Positions 20,357-29,837 of a stretch of DNA of 64,000 bases are shown here, piece by piece. Each line of letters begins with the position of its first letter. Position 1 is the first letter of the stretch. The stretch is from an uncultured Oscillospiraceae bacterium (GTDB lineage: Bacteria > Bacillota > Clostridia > Christensenellales > Aristaeellaceae): positions 3,111 to 67,110 of the forward strand of contig CAZUXV010000002.1 of the NCBI GenBank assembly GCA_964624445.1, given 5' to 3'. The notes below the pieces were generated by a model. That model did not search any database and was not told the origin of the DNA. It saw nothing but the letters and a program-made list of their open reading frames with translations. The translations under genes and the position numbers were made by a program.

Positions 20357-23300
20357 TTAACCTTTGACTATATTGTCCATCAGTGCGCGGGTTGTAAGCA
20401 TTTCATCGATCTCGGCATTGGAAGGAGCCTTGGTATTAAGAGGAGCGATTTTCACAAGGATAGGCTCGGAATCCTTAAAGTCGAAGGTCCTTGAACTCAT
20501 GCAGATGAACCATCCTGTAGGACAACGCGGGAACCATTTTACCAGGTCTCTGTCTTCGTAACGCTCTTCACGGGCGACGGAGCGGATAACAGTGGTAATA
20601 TCATCCGGAATCTTGAGTCTGCCCGCGAAGATCAGGCCGGCATTCGCAATAATAGACTTCGGCATATCGGAGATCTTCTGTGTAATAGCGCAGATGAACA
20701 GGCCGTATCCGGCGGACTGGTCCAGAATCTGTTCGAATTCAGACTCGCCTGTCATACCAAACGATGCGCCTCCGCCTGTGCCCGCGACATCCGATCCTGT
20801 AAGGACTTCGTTCGCTTCCTCGATGACCAGAAGCGTTTCATACTGGTCTTCTGCGAGGAATCCACCTTCATGCGCGAGCGCGAACTTATAAAAACCGCTG
20901 GTAATCACGCCGAAGATGAAGTTCCTGAAGGTGTTTTCAAGTCCCTTGGACTCGATCACGGTCACATCGTCCGCGCCGATCAGTTCATCAACGGACATAC
21001 CATCTTCACGTCCGAAGAGCTGGCGCTCAACGGAGAACTCACGGTTGAAAGCCTGCAGTCTGTCAAGCAGTCGCGCGTATGCATCCTTTGTGTCATTACC
21101 GCTCTTACCCTTGCTCTTCTGTCCGGTAAGCTTGAAGATTTCTTCTTCCGCGTCTTTATCGCCTTCCATAGAGAGCTTGATTAGGTTCATGCGGTCATAG
21201 ACCTTAACGAAGGTAACCGTGGAAGACATCCGGCTGATCAGTTCAGGGTTCTTGTTCTGCTTGATTTCCGTGTTTTCAAGCTCAATCCGGTCTTCCGCGT
21301 AGCGGTTTGCCGCCTTCAATGCCTCCGGGTCATTCGCGGAGGAAGCGGACAGGCTGAAGTATTCATCACGATACCTGACAGCCAGATCCTGGCGCTGGCG
21401 CTGGGTGTATCCGAACACGCCGGCTTCATGATACAGCTGGTAGATCGTTTCACCGAGCATCTGCTTGCCGCGTTCCAGCAATCCGAAGGCGCGGCAGTAG
21501 ATATCAATGACACCGTCAATCCACATCTGCGGGATAACCCCGTGCGGGATCTTCAAAGGATTCAGATGCAGGGGGCGGAACAGCGTATTACCCATGTTGT
21601 AGAAGTGGAAGCGTTCCGGTTCAACGTACCTTGCGAGCGCCCGCCAGTCCTGCTTGGGATCCATGCAAACGATCCTGAAGCGTTTTCCGGTAGACTTCCG
21701 GCGAACCCTGGTCAGTTCCGCAATAAAGCGCATAGCTGTTACAGTTTTACCGGAGCGGCTGGAACCTGTAAAGTACATATGCATGAGTTCACGTTCGTCG
21801 ATGCGGTACTGGAAAGGCGTTTCGTATCCATGCTGCATGGTATACCGTTCTGCGGACAGGATAGTTCCCATATAGATCTCGCCCTTGAGCATGGACGGCA
21901 CGGAGAATTTCGGAACATCCCCTACCTCAACGAACAGGCCGCCTTCCGAGACACGCGGGAGATGCGTGTATGCCACCATTTCGCGCGGGAGGAGGACGGA
22001 ACAGTATTTGTAATCATCGAAGTAATCAGGGTCTTCCATTGTGACATCCGCGGAGAAGCCCATGCAGTGCGTCAGGATATTCTGCTGCTCGCTCTCATCC
22101 AGATCCAGCACCTGCAGCGGATTAATCATGGCTTCTTCATTTTGCCAGCTGCTCTTTGCGAGCATTTTTGCCGCCGCAAGCGCATCCATATTCGGGCAGG
22201 CGATGTAAACGTAGCTGTAGAACGCGCCGCTTCCGCGCATTGCATTCTTCAGACGCTCGTTCTTATATTCCAGCATTTCCACAATGTCCTTGACCTGCTG
22301 ATCAAGCCACTGATAAGACTTGCTGTAACCAAGAGACGGCGCGATACCCATGGAAGCGGAGGCGCCCTGTGTAAGCCCCTGAGAGTAACCGATGTTCTGG
22401 CTTTGGCTGGTTCCGCGTCCGGTTGACGTACTCTGTCCCTGGCTGATTCCCTTGGACTGTCCATAGGACTGTGTCTGTCCGTTGGATACGGATTCGCTGG
22501 AGGATTCTGTATAGCTTTCGCCCTTGGTAAAGCCATGGGATGTAGACCAGGACTCACTCTGGGAGACTGAATAACTCTGGCTTTCGGACTTCGTTTGGCT
22601 CGTTCCGGTATTCGTGCTTACGCTGAAACCCTTGCTTACGCCGAGCGACTGTCCGATGCTCGTACCAACGCCATGGGACTCAGACATGCCCGCGTTCTGC
22701 CCGTAACTGGACCCGGACGTCTGTCCCTGCGACACGCCGTAGCTTGTGCCTTCTGTCTGTCCGACGTTCTGGCTGTAAGACTGTCCCACATTCTGTGAGA
22801 GGCTTTCACTCTGAGACTGACCGAGACTCTGGCTGTAGGACTGTCCGACGTTCTGGCTATAGGACTGGCTGGCGGACTCGCCTACGTTCTGTCCCCAGCT
22901 CTGTCCCATGCTCTGTGACATTCCGGTTGTCATGCCGCTGGAGCGGGACTCACCGATATTCTGTCCATAGGAGGATCCCTGGCTGTAGTTCATACTGTTG
23001 GAGAAGCCTTCCCCGGTGGAGTATGAAGTGGAAATACCCTCGCTCTTACTGCTCGATACAGACTGCGAAGATCCCATAGACTGGTTAATACCGTATGATT
23101 CACCTGTGGACTTACCGTATCCCGCGGAGTAACTTTCGGACTGTCCTATGCCCTGTGAATGCCCGATTCCTTCTGAATAGCTGGTTCCGGCGGACTCGCT
23201 GAACGACGTGCTTGCGCTTTGTCCCAGAGACTCGGACACGCTTGTTCCCTGACCGTAGGAATACCCTGTGCCCTGTGAAACGCTTGTGCCGCTGGTCTCA

Positions 23301-25279
23301 CCCGAAGATGCCGTTGTCGATTCAGACCATTGAGATCCCTGCGTTACAGTACGAGAATCATTATCAGCGGTTCCTTTTCCTTCCGAACCATTGAGCCCTA
23401 CTCCTTTAATCCCAACATTAAAACCATGTTGACTATTTGCACTGTCAGTATGACCTTTACCGTCTGCAACATTATAACTTCCACCCCTGGTAGAGGATCC
23501 CCCTGAGCTTGAACTGAATCCGTGACTGCTGCCGACGCTGTTGCTTTCGGAAACAGACTCGTTCTCGGAGTGCGAAACGCTCTGGCCCATGTTGACGGAC
23601 TGACCGCTGGAATGGCTTGCGCTGGCGTTAACGCCCGCGGACTGGTTATTGCTTACGCTTTCGTTAGAGCTTGCGCCGATGGAATGATTGGCGTTAACAG
23701 ATGAACTCTGGTTCATTCCATAACTGCTGCCCATATTCTGGCTGACGCCTTTGCTTACGCCTTCGGAAACATTCTGCGAGAAACCGGTGCCATGACTGAC
23801 ATTCTTGCTTGTGCCGACAGATTGCCCAAGGTTCTGGGAAGTACCAAAGCTCTGCCCGACGGAAGTTCCCTGTGACATAGAGTAACCCTGGCTGCGGCCT
23901 TCATTGGAAGACACGCCGTAGCTTTGACCGGAGGACACGCTCCGGCCCATGCTCGCGGACTGGCCCTGGGAAGTACCAAAGCTCTGTCCGACGTTCTGCC
24001 CCTGGCTGAATCCACGGGACAATCCCTGACTGTAACCGCTGCTGATCCCGCGGCTTGCGCCGAAGGACTGGCCGAGGTTCTGGGACTGGGACACACCCTG
24101 GCTCTGGCCTACAGACTCACCGAATGAACGGCCCATGCTGACATTCTGGCTCTGGCCTTGGTTGTAAGACTGGCTCTGTGAAATGTTCTGGCCAACACTC
24201 TGTCCCTGTGACACACCAAAGCTCATACCGACGGTCCGGCCCATGGTAACGCCCTGGGAAACAGTGTGCGTCTGCGAAATGGATTCAGAGAAGGATTGTC
24301 CATAGGCCTTTCCGAAGGATTGCCCATAGGACTGCGAAAGCGCCTGACCGACGTTCTCACCGTAGCTCTGGCTTACGTTTGTTCCCTGAGATACGTTATA
24401 GCTTTCCGCAACGGTATATCCTTTATTCATGCCGGTTGACGTTCCCTGATTGGCGCCGTACATCATCGGAATAGACAGGCTCAGGTTAAAGCCCTTTGTG
24501 CCCTGCATCTGTTCCTGCCAGTCAGTCATCTGGCGTTTTGTGACGGCAGCCCAGTCGCGGAGCGCGGACTGGTGAACCGGTGTGGTCAGGATTTCAATGA
24601 CGTATTCGTAATCCGCCATACCGGTGATCAGCTCTTCCAGTGTTCCCTGGCTGTCCGGGTTCAGGTTTGCTCCGCCCATGCCCTTATTGCCCATATCCTC
24701 ACCGGTCCGGGAGGCTTTCGGGATGCCGCGAACAACGGATGTATACTCCATCTTATAGAGCTTTTCACGGAGCCATTCCGTTTCCTGTGCGTTAATCACG
24801 CGCATTTCCAGCACACGGTAAGTACCCTGCAGACAGGCGGAAAGCCCGACAAAGGCACGGCGGCACTTTTCCTTTGCGCCGTCAAGCGTCGTGGAAACGC
24901 CCTGAACACCGTACAGGAAAAGAAGTCCAAGAGCAACAGGCTCGCGGATGTTCGCGATTACGCAGATAAAGTTTATTTCCTGTTCGTACACAGCGGACAG
25001 GACCTGCGTCTGCATATCCATAAGGGAGGTAGACTGTTTCGCGCCCTTGGGGATACGAATGACCCGGGCCAGTTTGATCGCCTTGTAATAATGATGGCGT
25101 TCGCCCGTATGGGGATCTATGCTTTCCATTTCATAGCACAGATACTCCAGCTTACGGTCGTTTGTGCTTTTTCCTTCCTCATACTCGGTCCAGGTATCGA
25201 GGATTTTCAGTGTTCCGCCCGATGCCTGCTTTTTCTGAGGATGAAGGATGCGCCTTACATCCAGAAGAGAAATGGCCAT
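20357..25279 (-). CDS. HerA/VirB4/FtsK-superfamily ATPase with a ~730-aa Ser/Gly/Gln-rich insertion
   Basis: HMYFTGSSRSGKT Walker A, VCMDPKQDW, LNPL, LVIEEANE Walker B, YGLFICAITQ; low-complexity block at residues ~262-991. Confidence 0.8.
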   Translation of the reverse strand: MAISLLDVRRILHPQKKQASGGTLKILDTWTEYEEGKSTNDRKLEYLCYEMESIDPHTGERHHYYKAIKLARVIRIPKGAKQSTSLMDMQTQVLSAVYEQEINFICVIANIREPVALGLLFLYGVQGVSTTLDGAKEKCRRAFVGLSACLQGTYRVLEMRVINAQETEWLREKLYKMEYTSVVRGIPKASRTGEDMGNKGMGGANLNPDSQGTLEELITGMADYEYVIEILTTPVHQSALRDWAAVTKRQMTDWQEQMQGTKGFNLSLSIPMMYGANQGTSTGMNKGYTVAESYNVSQGTNVSQSYGENVGQALSQSYGQSFGKAYGQSFSESISQTHTVSQGVTMGRTVGMSFGVSQGQSVGQNISQSQSYNQGQSQNVSMGRSFGESVGQSQGVSQSQNLGQSFGASRGISSGYSQGLSRGFSQGQNVGQSFGTSQGQSASMGRSVSSGQSYGVSSNEGRSQGYSMSQGTSVGQSFGTSQNLGQSVGTSKNVSHGTGFSQNVSEGVSKGVSQNMGSSYGMNQSSSVNANHSIGASSNESVSNNQSAGVNASASHSSGQSVNMGQSVSHSENESVSESNSVGSSHGFSSSSGGSSTRGGSYNVADGKGHTDSANSQHGFNVGIKGVGLNGSEGKGTADNDSRTVTQGSQWSESTTASSGETSGTSVSQGTGYSYGQGTSVSESLGQSASTSFSESAGTSYSEGIGHSQGIGQSESYSAGYGKSTGESYGINQSMGSSQSVSSSKSEGISTSYSTGEGFSNSMNYSQGSSYGQNIGESRSSGMTTGMSQSMGQSWGQNVGESASQSYSQNVGQSYSQSLGQSQSESLSQNVGQSYSQNVGQTEGTSYGVSQGQTSGSSYGQNAGMSESHGVGTSIGQSLGVSKGFSVSTNTGTSQTKSESQSYSVSQSESWSTSHGFTKGESYTESSSESVSNGQTQSYGQSKGISQGQSTSTGRGTSQSQNIGYSQGLTQGASASMGIAPSLGYSKSYQWLDQQVKDIVEMLEYKNERLKNAMRGSGAFYSYVYIACPNMDALAAAKMLAKSSWQNEEAMINPLQVLDLDESEQQNILTHCMGFSADVTMEDPDYFDDYKYCSVLLPREMVAYTHLPRVSEGGLFVEVGDVPKFSVPSMLKGEIYMGTILSAERYTMQHGYETPFQYRIDERELMHMYFTGSSRSGKTVTAMRFIAELTRVRRKSTGKRFRIVCMDPKQDWRALARYVEPERFHFYNMGNTLFRPLHLNPLKIPHGVIPQMWIDGVIDIYCRAFGLLERGKQMLGETIYQLYHEAGVFGYTQRQRQDLAVRYRDEYFSLSASSANDPEALKAANRYAEDRIELENTEIKQNKNPELISRMSSTVTFVKVYDRMNLIKLSMEGDKDAEEEIFKLTGQKSKGKSGNDTKDAYARLLDRLQAFNREFSVERQLFGREDGMSVDELIGADDVTVIESKGLENTFRNFIFGVITSGFYKFALAHEGGFLAEDQYETLLVIEEANEVLTGSDVAGTGGGASFGMTGESEFEQILDQSAGYGLFICAITQKISDMPKSIIANAGLIFAGRLKIPDDITTVIRSVAREERYEDRDLVKWFPRCPTGWFICMSSRTFDFKDSEPILVKIAPLNTKAPSNAEIDEMLTTRALMDNIVKG
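22307..24496 (-). repeat. Intragenic degenerate S/G/Q repeats (about 8-residue period)
   Basis: Units such as SQGQNVGQ, SQSYGQSF and SYSQNVGQ recur through about 2.2 kb without a frameshift. Confidence 0.85.
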
Positions 25280-25309
25280 AGGCTTGCCTCCTTTCGGTAA
25301 AGTTTCTTA

Positions 25310-25849
25310 TTAGTCAAAATGCTTGCCGTTCCGGCGGGTACCAAGCAGCTTGTCGTGGAACTTCTTTGCCTCCTGGTTCCTGTGCATGGTAAACAGTTTC
25401 TTGACCTGCATGAAAATGAACCCGACAGGCGTCATAATGGTCGTGATCCACAATAGGGATTGCATATACCCCGAGAAAGCCGCGCCGCTTGTGACGGGGA
25501 GCACCTGGTTATAGGTCGCCATCAGCATTTCCGCCGAGACTCCCGAGATCGTGGAAATGAGTTCCTTAATCACAATAAGAGAAATCAAGTACACGGCCGT
25601 TGTGACATGCGTTTCTTTCAGTACGCTTCTCCTGTGCGAAGGCTGGAAGAACGCGACAAGCGCCCCGCAGCCCCACATAACCCCTGTTAACGGTGCAATC
25701 AGGTCATATCCGAACAGGTTGAAATGGTCAATGGTGAACATCGCCAGGAGGAAATTGAACACCGGGAGCGCGATAGCCTTAAGATACCGGAAGATATCCG
25801 CGTTCGACTGCGCTCTTTTATAGGTGAGTTTTTCTTCGGCTTTTTCCAT
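25310..25849 (-). CDS. Multi-pass membrane protein
   Basis: About 4 hydrophobic segments; directly upstream of the large ATPase. Confidence 0.75.
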   Translation of the reverse strand: MEKAEEKLTYKRAQSNADIFRYLKAIALPVFNFLLAMFTIDHFNLFGYDLIAPLTGVMWGCGALVAFFQPSHRRSVLKETHVTTAVYLISLIVIKELISTISGVSAEMLMATYNQVLPVTSGAAFSGYMQSLLWITTIMTPVGFIFMQVKKLFTMHRNQEAKKFHDKLLGTRRNGKHFD

Positions 25850-25873
25850 TTTACTATCCTCCGTAGCTTAACA

Positions 25874-26071
25874 TTAGATAATGTTCTGTTCTTCGTTCAC
25901 GCTGTAGTCCAAGGCTTCCTTGAGCAGCATAAAAATGGAGGCCAGCGCGGAAGCCGCGATAACGATGAACCATACGTTATGCTGCATGATATACAGTAGA
26001 GAATAAACAGCGTTTTCGTTAAACGCCTTGAATGAACTGCCGAGCTGCTGGAAAATTGACATATAAAACAC
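25874..26071 (-). CDS. Small membrane protein
   Basis: 65 aa with one TM (VWFIVIAASALASIFMLL); RBS GGAGGTG. Confidence 0.65.
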   Translation of the reverse strand: MFYMSIFQQLGSSFKAFNENAVYSLLYIMQHNVWFIVIAASALASIFMLLKEALDYSVNEEQNII

Positions 26072-26158
26072 CTCCGCCTATATTTTACTTTTTTTATGTC
26101 TCCGGTTGCGTTTCAAATCCACAAGAAAGCAGCCGGCTGGTTTCCGGCTGCGATATTA

Positions 26159-26380
26159 TCATACGTTTTGTTCAGGGACGCTTTCATATCTGAGCGGCGG
26201 CTTAAAGTCCTTTAAGCTACCGGTCATGTACCACCACTTCGAGAACGGCTCCACATTTTCAATGCTTTCTTTGAGCTTGTTATAGTTCGTCAGGCGGATA
26301 ATCTTGTCGGCGTATCCGGGAGTCTCGCACTTATAGGCCGCCCAGGCAGCGAGAAGCCGCTGCATCTTATCATGATTCAA
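26159..26380 (-). pseudogene. Diverged duplicate of the C-terminal ~70 codons of the upstream gene (possible silent cassette)
   Basis: HDKMQRLLAAWA...KIIRLTNYNKLK...WWYMT...KDFKPPL shared with 26464-26680; no clear RBS. Confidence 0.75.
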
Positions 26381-26463
26381 GCAGGGCTTCCATTGTTCTG
26401 TTTTCTGTGCTCGCGTTGTCTATCTCTGTTATTCCTTTCTGTATGGTTTTACTTTCACGCCTG

Positions 26464-27933
26464 TCAGACGCCTTCCCCAAGAGGGCCTTCATATCCGAGC
26501 GGCGGCTTAAAGTCCTTCACATAGTCTGTCATATACCACCACTCAGAGAACGGTTTCCCCTTTTCAATGCTGTCCTTGAGCTTGTTATAGTTCGTCAGGC
26601 GGATAATTTTATGTGCGTATGATGGAATATTACGCTTCGGATTCGCCCAGGCAGCGAGGAGCCGCTGCATCTTATCATGCTCGGACGGGTTGGCAGTAAT
26701 AACATTAATTTCGTCCGTAATCATGGACATTTTGCCGAACTTGGTATAATACTCCATATCCTTCTGCTTGCAGCGTTCAAACTCAAAATACTCAACGACC
26801 TTGTTGCCGTTCTCGTCCAGGCGCATACAGCTGAGATCCGGGATGTATCCCTGCGTTCCGTCAGGGAGCTTGATTTTTTCAGAGAACATATTAACCGTCT
26901 TGTACCGTCCGGACTTGTCGAGCAGGCGCTGGCAGGCGCGGATTCCGTAGCCATGCTCCAGCTTTGCGTGATACCTGCAGATGCGGTCCATTTCGGGCTC
27001 GTTGGGTTCATCCCCGGTAATCAGCTTATACGCTACACGCCCTTTCTTTGTAAGGCGCATAAGCGTGCATCCTTTTGTTCCCGGGAAAGATATATTCGTA
27101 AAGCACTCGATGAATCCTTCGTTCGAGAGGTTGCCAATGTACCTGTGGGAAGTGCTCTCGGCAATATGCGGCATCGCAGCTTTTTTGATTTCGACAGAGA
27201 CCGACATACCATCACCGATCAGGCGGATCAACAGCTTTTCGCCGTCCATCATTTCCTGAACCTGAAGACGTACGGTGTTTTCCAGTTCCGTATCACTCGC
27301 GCTCTGAACGACAGGCGCCGCTTTTTCCGTCTTTGCGGAGGACTTGCCATCATTCTTCCGGGCAACAGTCTTGATCGTGGTGGCTTCCATGCTTTCCTCG
27401 TCGTCAGGCTCCTCAATGGTACTGACATTAACGCCGCCCACCTGCGCTTTCCCCTTCTCGACGTAGCCCTTGATCTGCATTTTCCTTCCGTCGCTTACAG
27501 AGTCTTTCATCTGCTCATAGGATTCTATGATTTTTTCAAGCTCCATTTTCTTTTCTACAAGAGCCTCGTACTTCTCGCTCAGATCACTCGCGTAAGAGCC
27601 GACCTTCTGCATGTCCTTGGTTCTTTTCTCGCAGTAAGCCTTATAGCTCTTTGTCGCGGTTTCGATCATCTGCTCTGTAGGCATGGAACTCCAGGAATGA
27701 TTATCGCCAAGCACGATCTCGCGGCTGTCCTTGTCCAGTATTTTCTGGCACAGTCCACGCGCCATTTCCTCAATATGAAGCAGACGCTGGATCTCGCCCA
27801 TCATGTGCTTTTCTTTATTCTTATACTGTTCGTCCAGCTGAGCCATGCGGACAGTCATTTTCTCGATTTGCTGTTTTTGGGCCTGTATCTTGATTTCCTG
27901 CTCTGTTTCTTTGTAGGATTCGAACTTACCCAT
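26464..27933 (-). CDS. Coiled-coil + winged-helix + PD-(D/E)xK-like protein (replication-relaxation-like)
   Basis: N-terminal coiled coil; wHTH-like MRLTKKGR; HAKLEH, YIPDL, YFEFER, YYTKF. Start placed at ATG 27933 (RBS GGAGGTG). Confidence 0.55.
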   Translation of the reverse strand: MGKFESYKETEQEIKIQAQKQQIEKMTVRMAQLDEQYKNKEKHMMGEIQRLLHIEEMARGLCQKILDKDSREIVLGDNHSWSSMPTEQMIETATKSYKAYCEKRTKDMQKVGSYASDLSEKYEALVEKKMELEKIIESYEQMKDSVSDGRKMQIKGYVEKGKAQVGGVNVSTIEEPDDEESMEATTIKTVARKNDGKSSAKTEKAAPVVQSASDTELENTVRLQVQEMMDGEKLLIRLIGDGMSVSVEIKKAAMPHIAESTSHRYIGNLSNEGFIECFTNISFPGTKGCTLMRLTKKGRVAYKLITGDEPNEPEMDRICRYHAKLEHGYGIRACQRLLDKSGRYKTVNMFSEKIKLPDGTQGYIPDLSCMRLDENGNKVVEYFEFERCKQKDMEYYTKFGKMSMITDEINVITANPSEHDKMQRLLAAWANPKRNIPSYAHKIIRLTNYNKLKDSIEKGKPFSEWWYMTDYVKDFKPPLGYEGPLGEGV

Positions 27934-27934
27934 A

Positions 27935-28837
27935 TCAAACACCTCCGCTGTACTGGCTGATATACGCTTCGGGAGACCAGTTGATAATAATGGAAACGTC
28001 CACATTGTCGACTTTGGAGCCAAGCGTGGCAACGATTTCCGTGATCCGCATGAAATTGTTATACATGCTTTCTTTATAGGACAGCGCCTGGTTCATGTCT
28101 GTTACGCTGTTTTGTGTGATAGCACGCGAAATATACTGGCAGTACAGCGCGATGTCGTTCTGGACCCAGGAAAGAAGCATGTTATATGGTTGTGTGTACT
28201 GTGCCGGGACTGTTTGTGCAGCCATCTGGACGGACAGCGACGATACCTTTTCCAGCAGCTTTTCATACTCCGGGGCGATCAGCAGTGGATCCTCTCCGGT
28301 GTTTGTCGCCATACCCAGCCGATAATCCAGTTTCAGGACTTCTTCGTAGAGTGTTCTGGCCTGAAGATACTGTGTGCTTACAACCTCATACTCCGCTTTG
28401 GCGCGGATGCTTTCGACAGGAACAACCAGCGGCACAACGGAGCCGTTATTCTTGTCATACACATAGTTCGTATTAAGTACGCCATAGATCAGGAACACAA
28501 GATAGACACAGCTTGCGATCAGCACAGCCTGGAAGACTTTTTCAATGTAATACCTGAGTTTTTGCTTTTTTGCGAGCTTCAGCTGATAGTTCTTTTCCTC
28601 CTCGATCATCCGAAGTTCGTCCTGTACCGGATCATATGCCGCCGCCTGCAAAGGCGAAGCGGGTTTCTGCTCAGGCATGGTTCTTTCAGACGGGTAGTTT
28701 CTCAGCGGCCCGGAGAAAACGGTATTCTGTTTTGCGGGTTCTTCAGGCCTGCCCGCGGTGGTACCGCCCGGCTCATTCCCGGAATGGTTAATGGATTCCT
28801 GCTGTTTCAGGCGCTCCTGATAGAGGTTTTTACGCAT
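27935..28837 (-). CDS. Single-TM membrane protein with a helical extracytoplasmic domain
   Basis: TM VFQAVLIASCVYLVFLIYGVL; tightly packed in the operon. Confidence 0.75.
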   Translation of the reverse strand: MRKNLYQERLKQQESINHSGNEPGGTTAGRPEEPAKQNTVFSGPLRNYPSERTMPEQKPASPLQAAAYDPVQDELRMIEEEKNYQLKLAKKQKLRYYIEKVFQAVLIASCVYLVFLIYGVLNTNYVYDKNNGSVVPLVVPVESIRAKAEYEVVSTQYLQARTLYEEVLKLDYRLGMATNTGEDPLLIAPEYEKLLEKVSSLSVQMAAQTVPAQYTQPYNMLLSWVQNDIALYCQYISRAITQNSVTDMNQALSYKESMYNNFMRITEIVATLGSKVDNVDVSIIINWSPEAYISQYSGGV

Positions 28838-28850
28838 TCTTCAAGCCTCC

Positions 28851-29666
28851 TCAGTTATCTGTTTCCGTGTAGTTGTTTTCATCTTCTTCTGCAGGCTCTT
28901 CCGCGGGCGGCGCCTCCCAGTTCGCCGTGTAATTGATATTGGAGGCTACGACTTCCAGTACCCTGTATTCAAGCTCTTCTTCATGTTGGCAATGCGGGCA
29001 GACAATATCCCTGTGGATGGACCTTACGCGGATTGCGCCGCGTACGTTCATGCGTGTACCGCGATGCGTACAGATGGAGTCACGCCTCGCCTGGTCATGA
29101 TAAGTATTGATTGCCGGGTAGTCTGTGCGCTTTTCTGCGTCATCCTCAAGGATGTGATAAGAACGCTTTACAGCAAGCTTGTAATAGGCGTACTGCTTTT
29201 CCTCCTGGTAATGCACATCGGAGCAGATCGTGCCGTCCAGCGCGACCTCATTGGAGACCTCTGCGTTATCCTGGATCATGATATTGGCTTCCTCGTCGGA
29301 AAGCCCTGAACGCACTTTTACGATCTTGATCGGATGCACATAACAGGTATAGCCGTTTTCGGTAAACTCCTCCTCACAGTTACTGCAGATAACCTTTCTG
29401 GTAACGTCTGCAGTACAGAGCATTCCTTTGATATACACGATATCATTGCTGCGGAGCTCTTTCGCGGCATATACAATCATATCAGGAGACTTGCTCATGA
29501 CGACAATCTCGTCATACGTCAGCCTGTTTCTGTCCGTGCTGTTCAGGTACCGGCTCATTGTCTTTATGCTCAGGGACATCCGGTACGGCTGATCCGCGCT
29601 CTTTTTCTTATAATACTTAGGGTCCTGAACAAGCTGCCCAAACAATCTTACATCATTGAGTGCCAT
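28851..29666 (-). CDS. Tandem SSB-like OB-fold protein with zinc ribbons
   Basis: LNDVRLFGQLVQDP and SNEVALDGTICSD, LAVKRSY...TDY; CSNC and CPHC; acidic tail. Confidence 0.7.
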   Translation of the reverse strand: MALNDVRLFGQLVQDPKYYKKKSADQPYRMSLSIKTMSRYLNSTDRNRLTYDEIVVMSKSPDMIVYAAKELRSNDIVYIKGMLCTADVTRKVICSNCEEEFTENGYTCYVHPIKIVKVRSGLSDEEANIMIQDNAEVSNEVALDGTICSDVHYQEEKQYAYYKLAVKRSYHILEDDAEKRTDYPAINTYHDQARRDSICTHRGTRMNVRGAIRVRSIHRDIVCPHCQHEEELEYRVLEVVASNINYTANWEAPPAEEPAEEDENNYTETDN

Positions 29667-29837
29667 GATATTTCCCCTCCAAATGCGTCTCGTAAATTAC
29701 TATATTTGTTTTCAGGCAAAATATTCGTGTTTTTGAATCCTATAATAAAATTCATTCCGTCTATGCTTATATCTGCCGTGATCTGCCGTTGTTTTTAAGT
29801 ATTATTGTTAATGAAAAAGTATGCGGAGGTTATGGGA

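Noticed and set aside
22307..24496. Intein or assembly artefact as the explanation for the ATPase insertion
   Set aside because: No intein terminal motifs or endonuclease; the DNA repeats are degenerate rather than exact and the frame is intact
26159..26680. Diversity-generating retroelement template/variable repeat pair
   Set aside because: Differences are not confined to adenines (e.g. CTC/CTT, CCG/TAT) and no reverse transcriptase is in the window
735..28936. Many 200-450 aa plus-strand ORFs opposite recD2, the Rad50-like gene, the Tad genes and the ATPase block
   Set aside because: Antisense to well-supported genes; explained by codon bias
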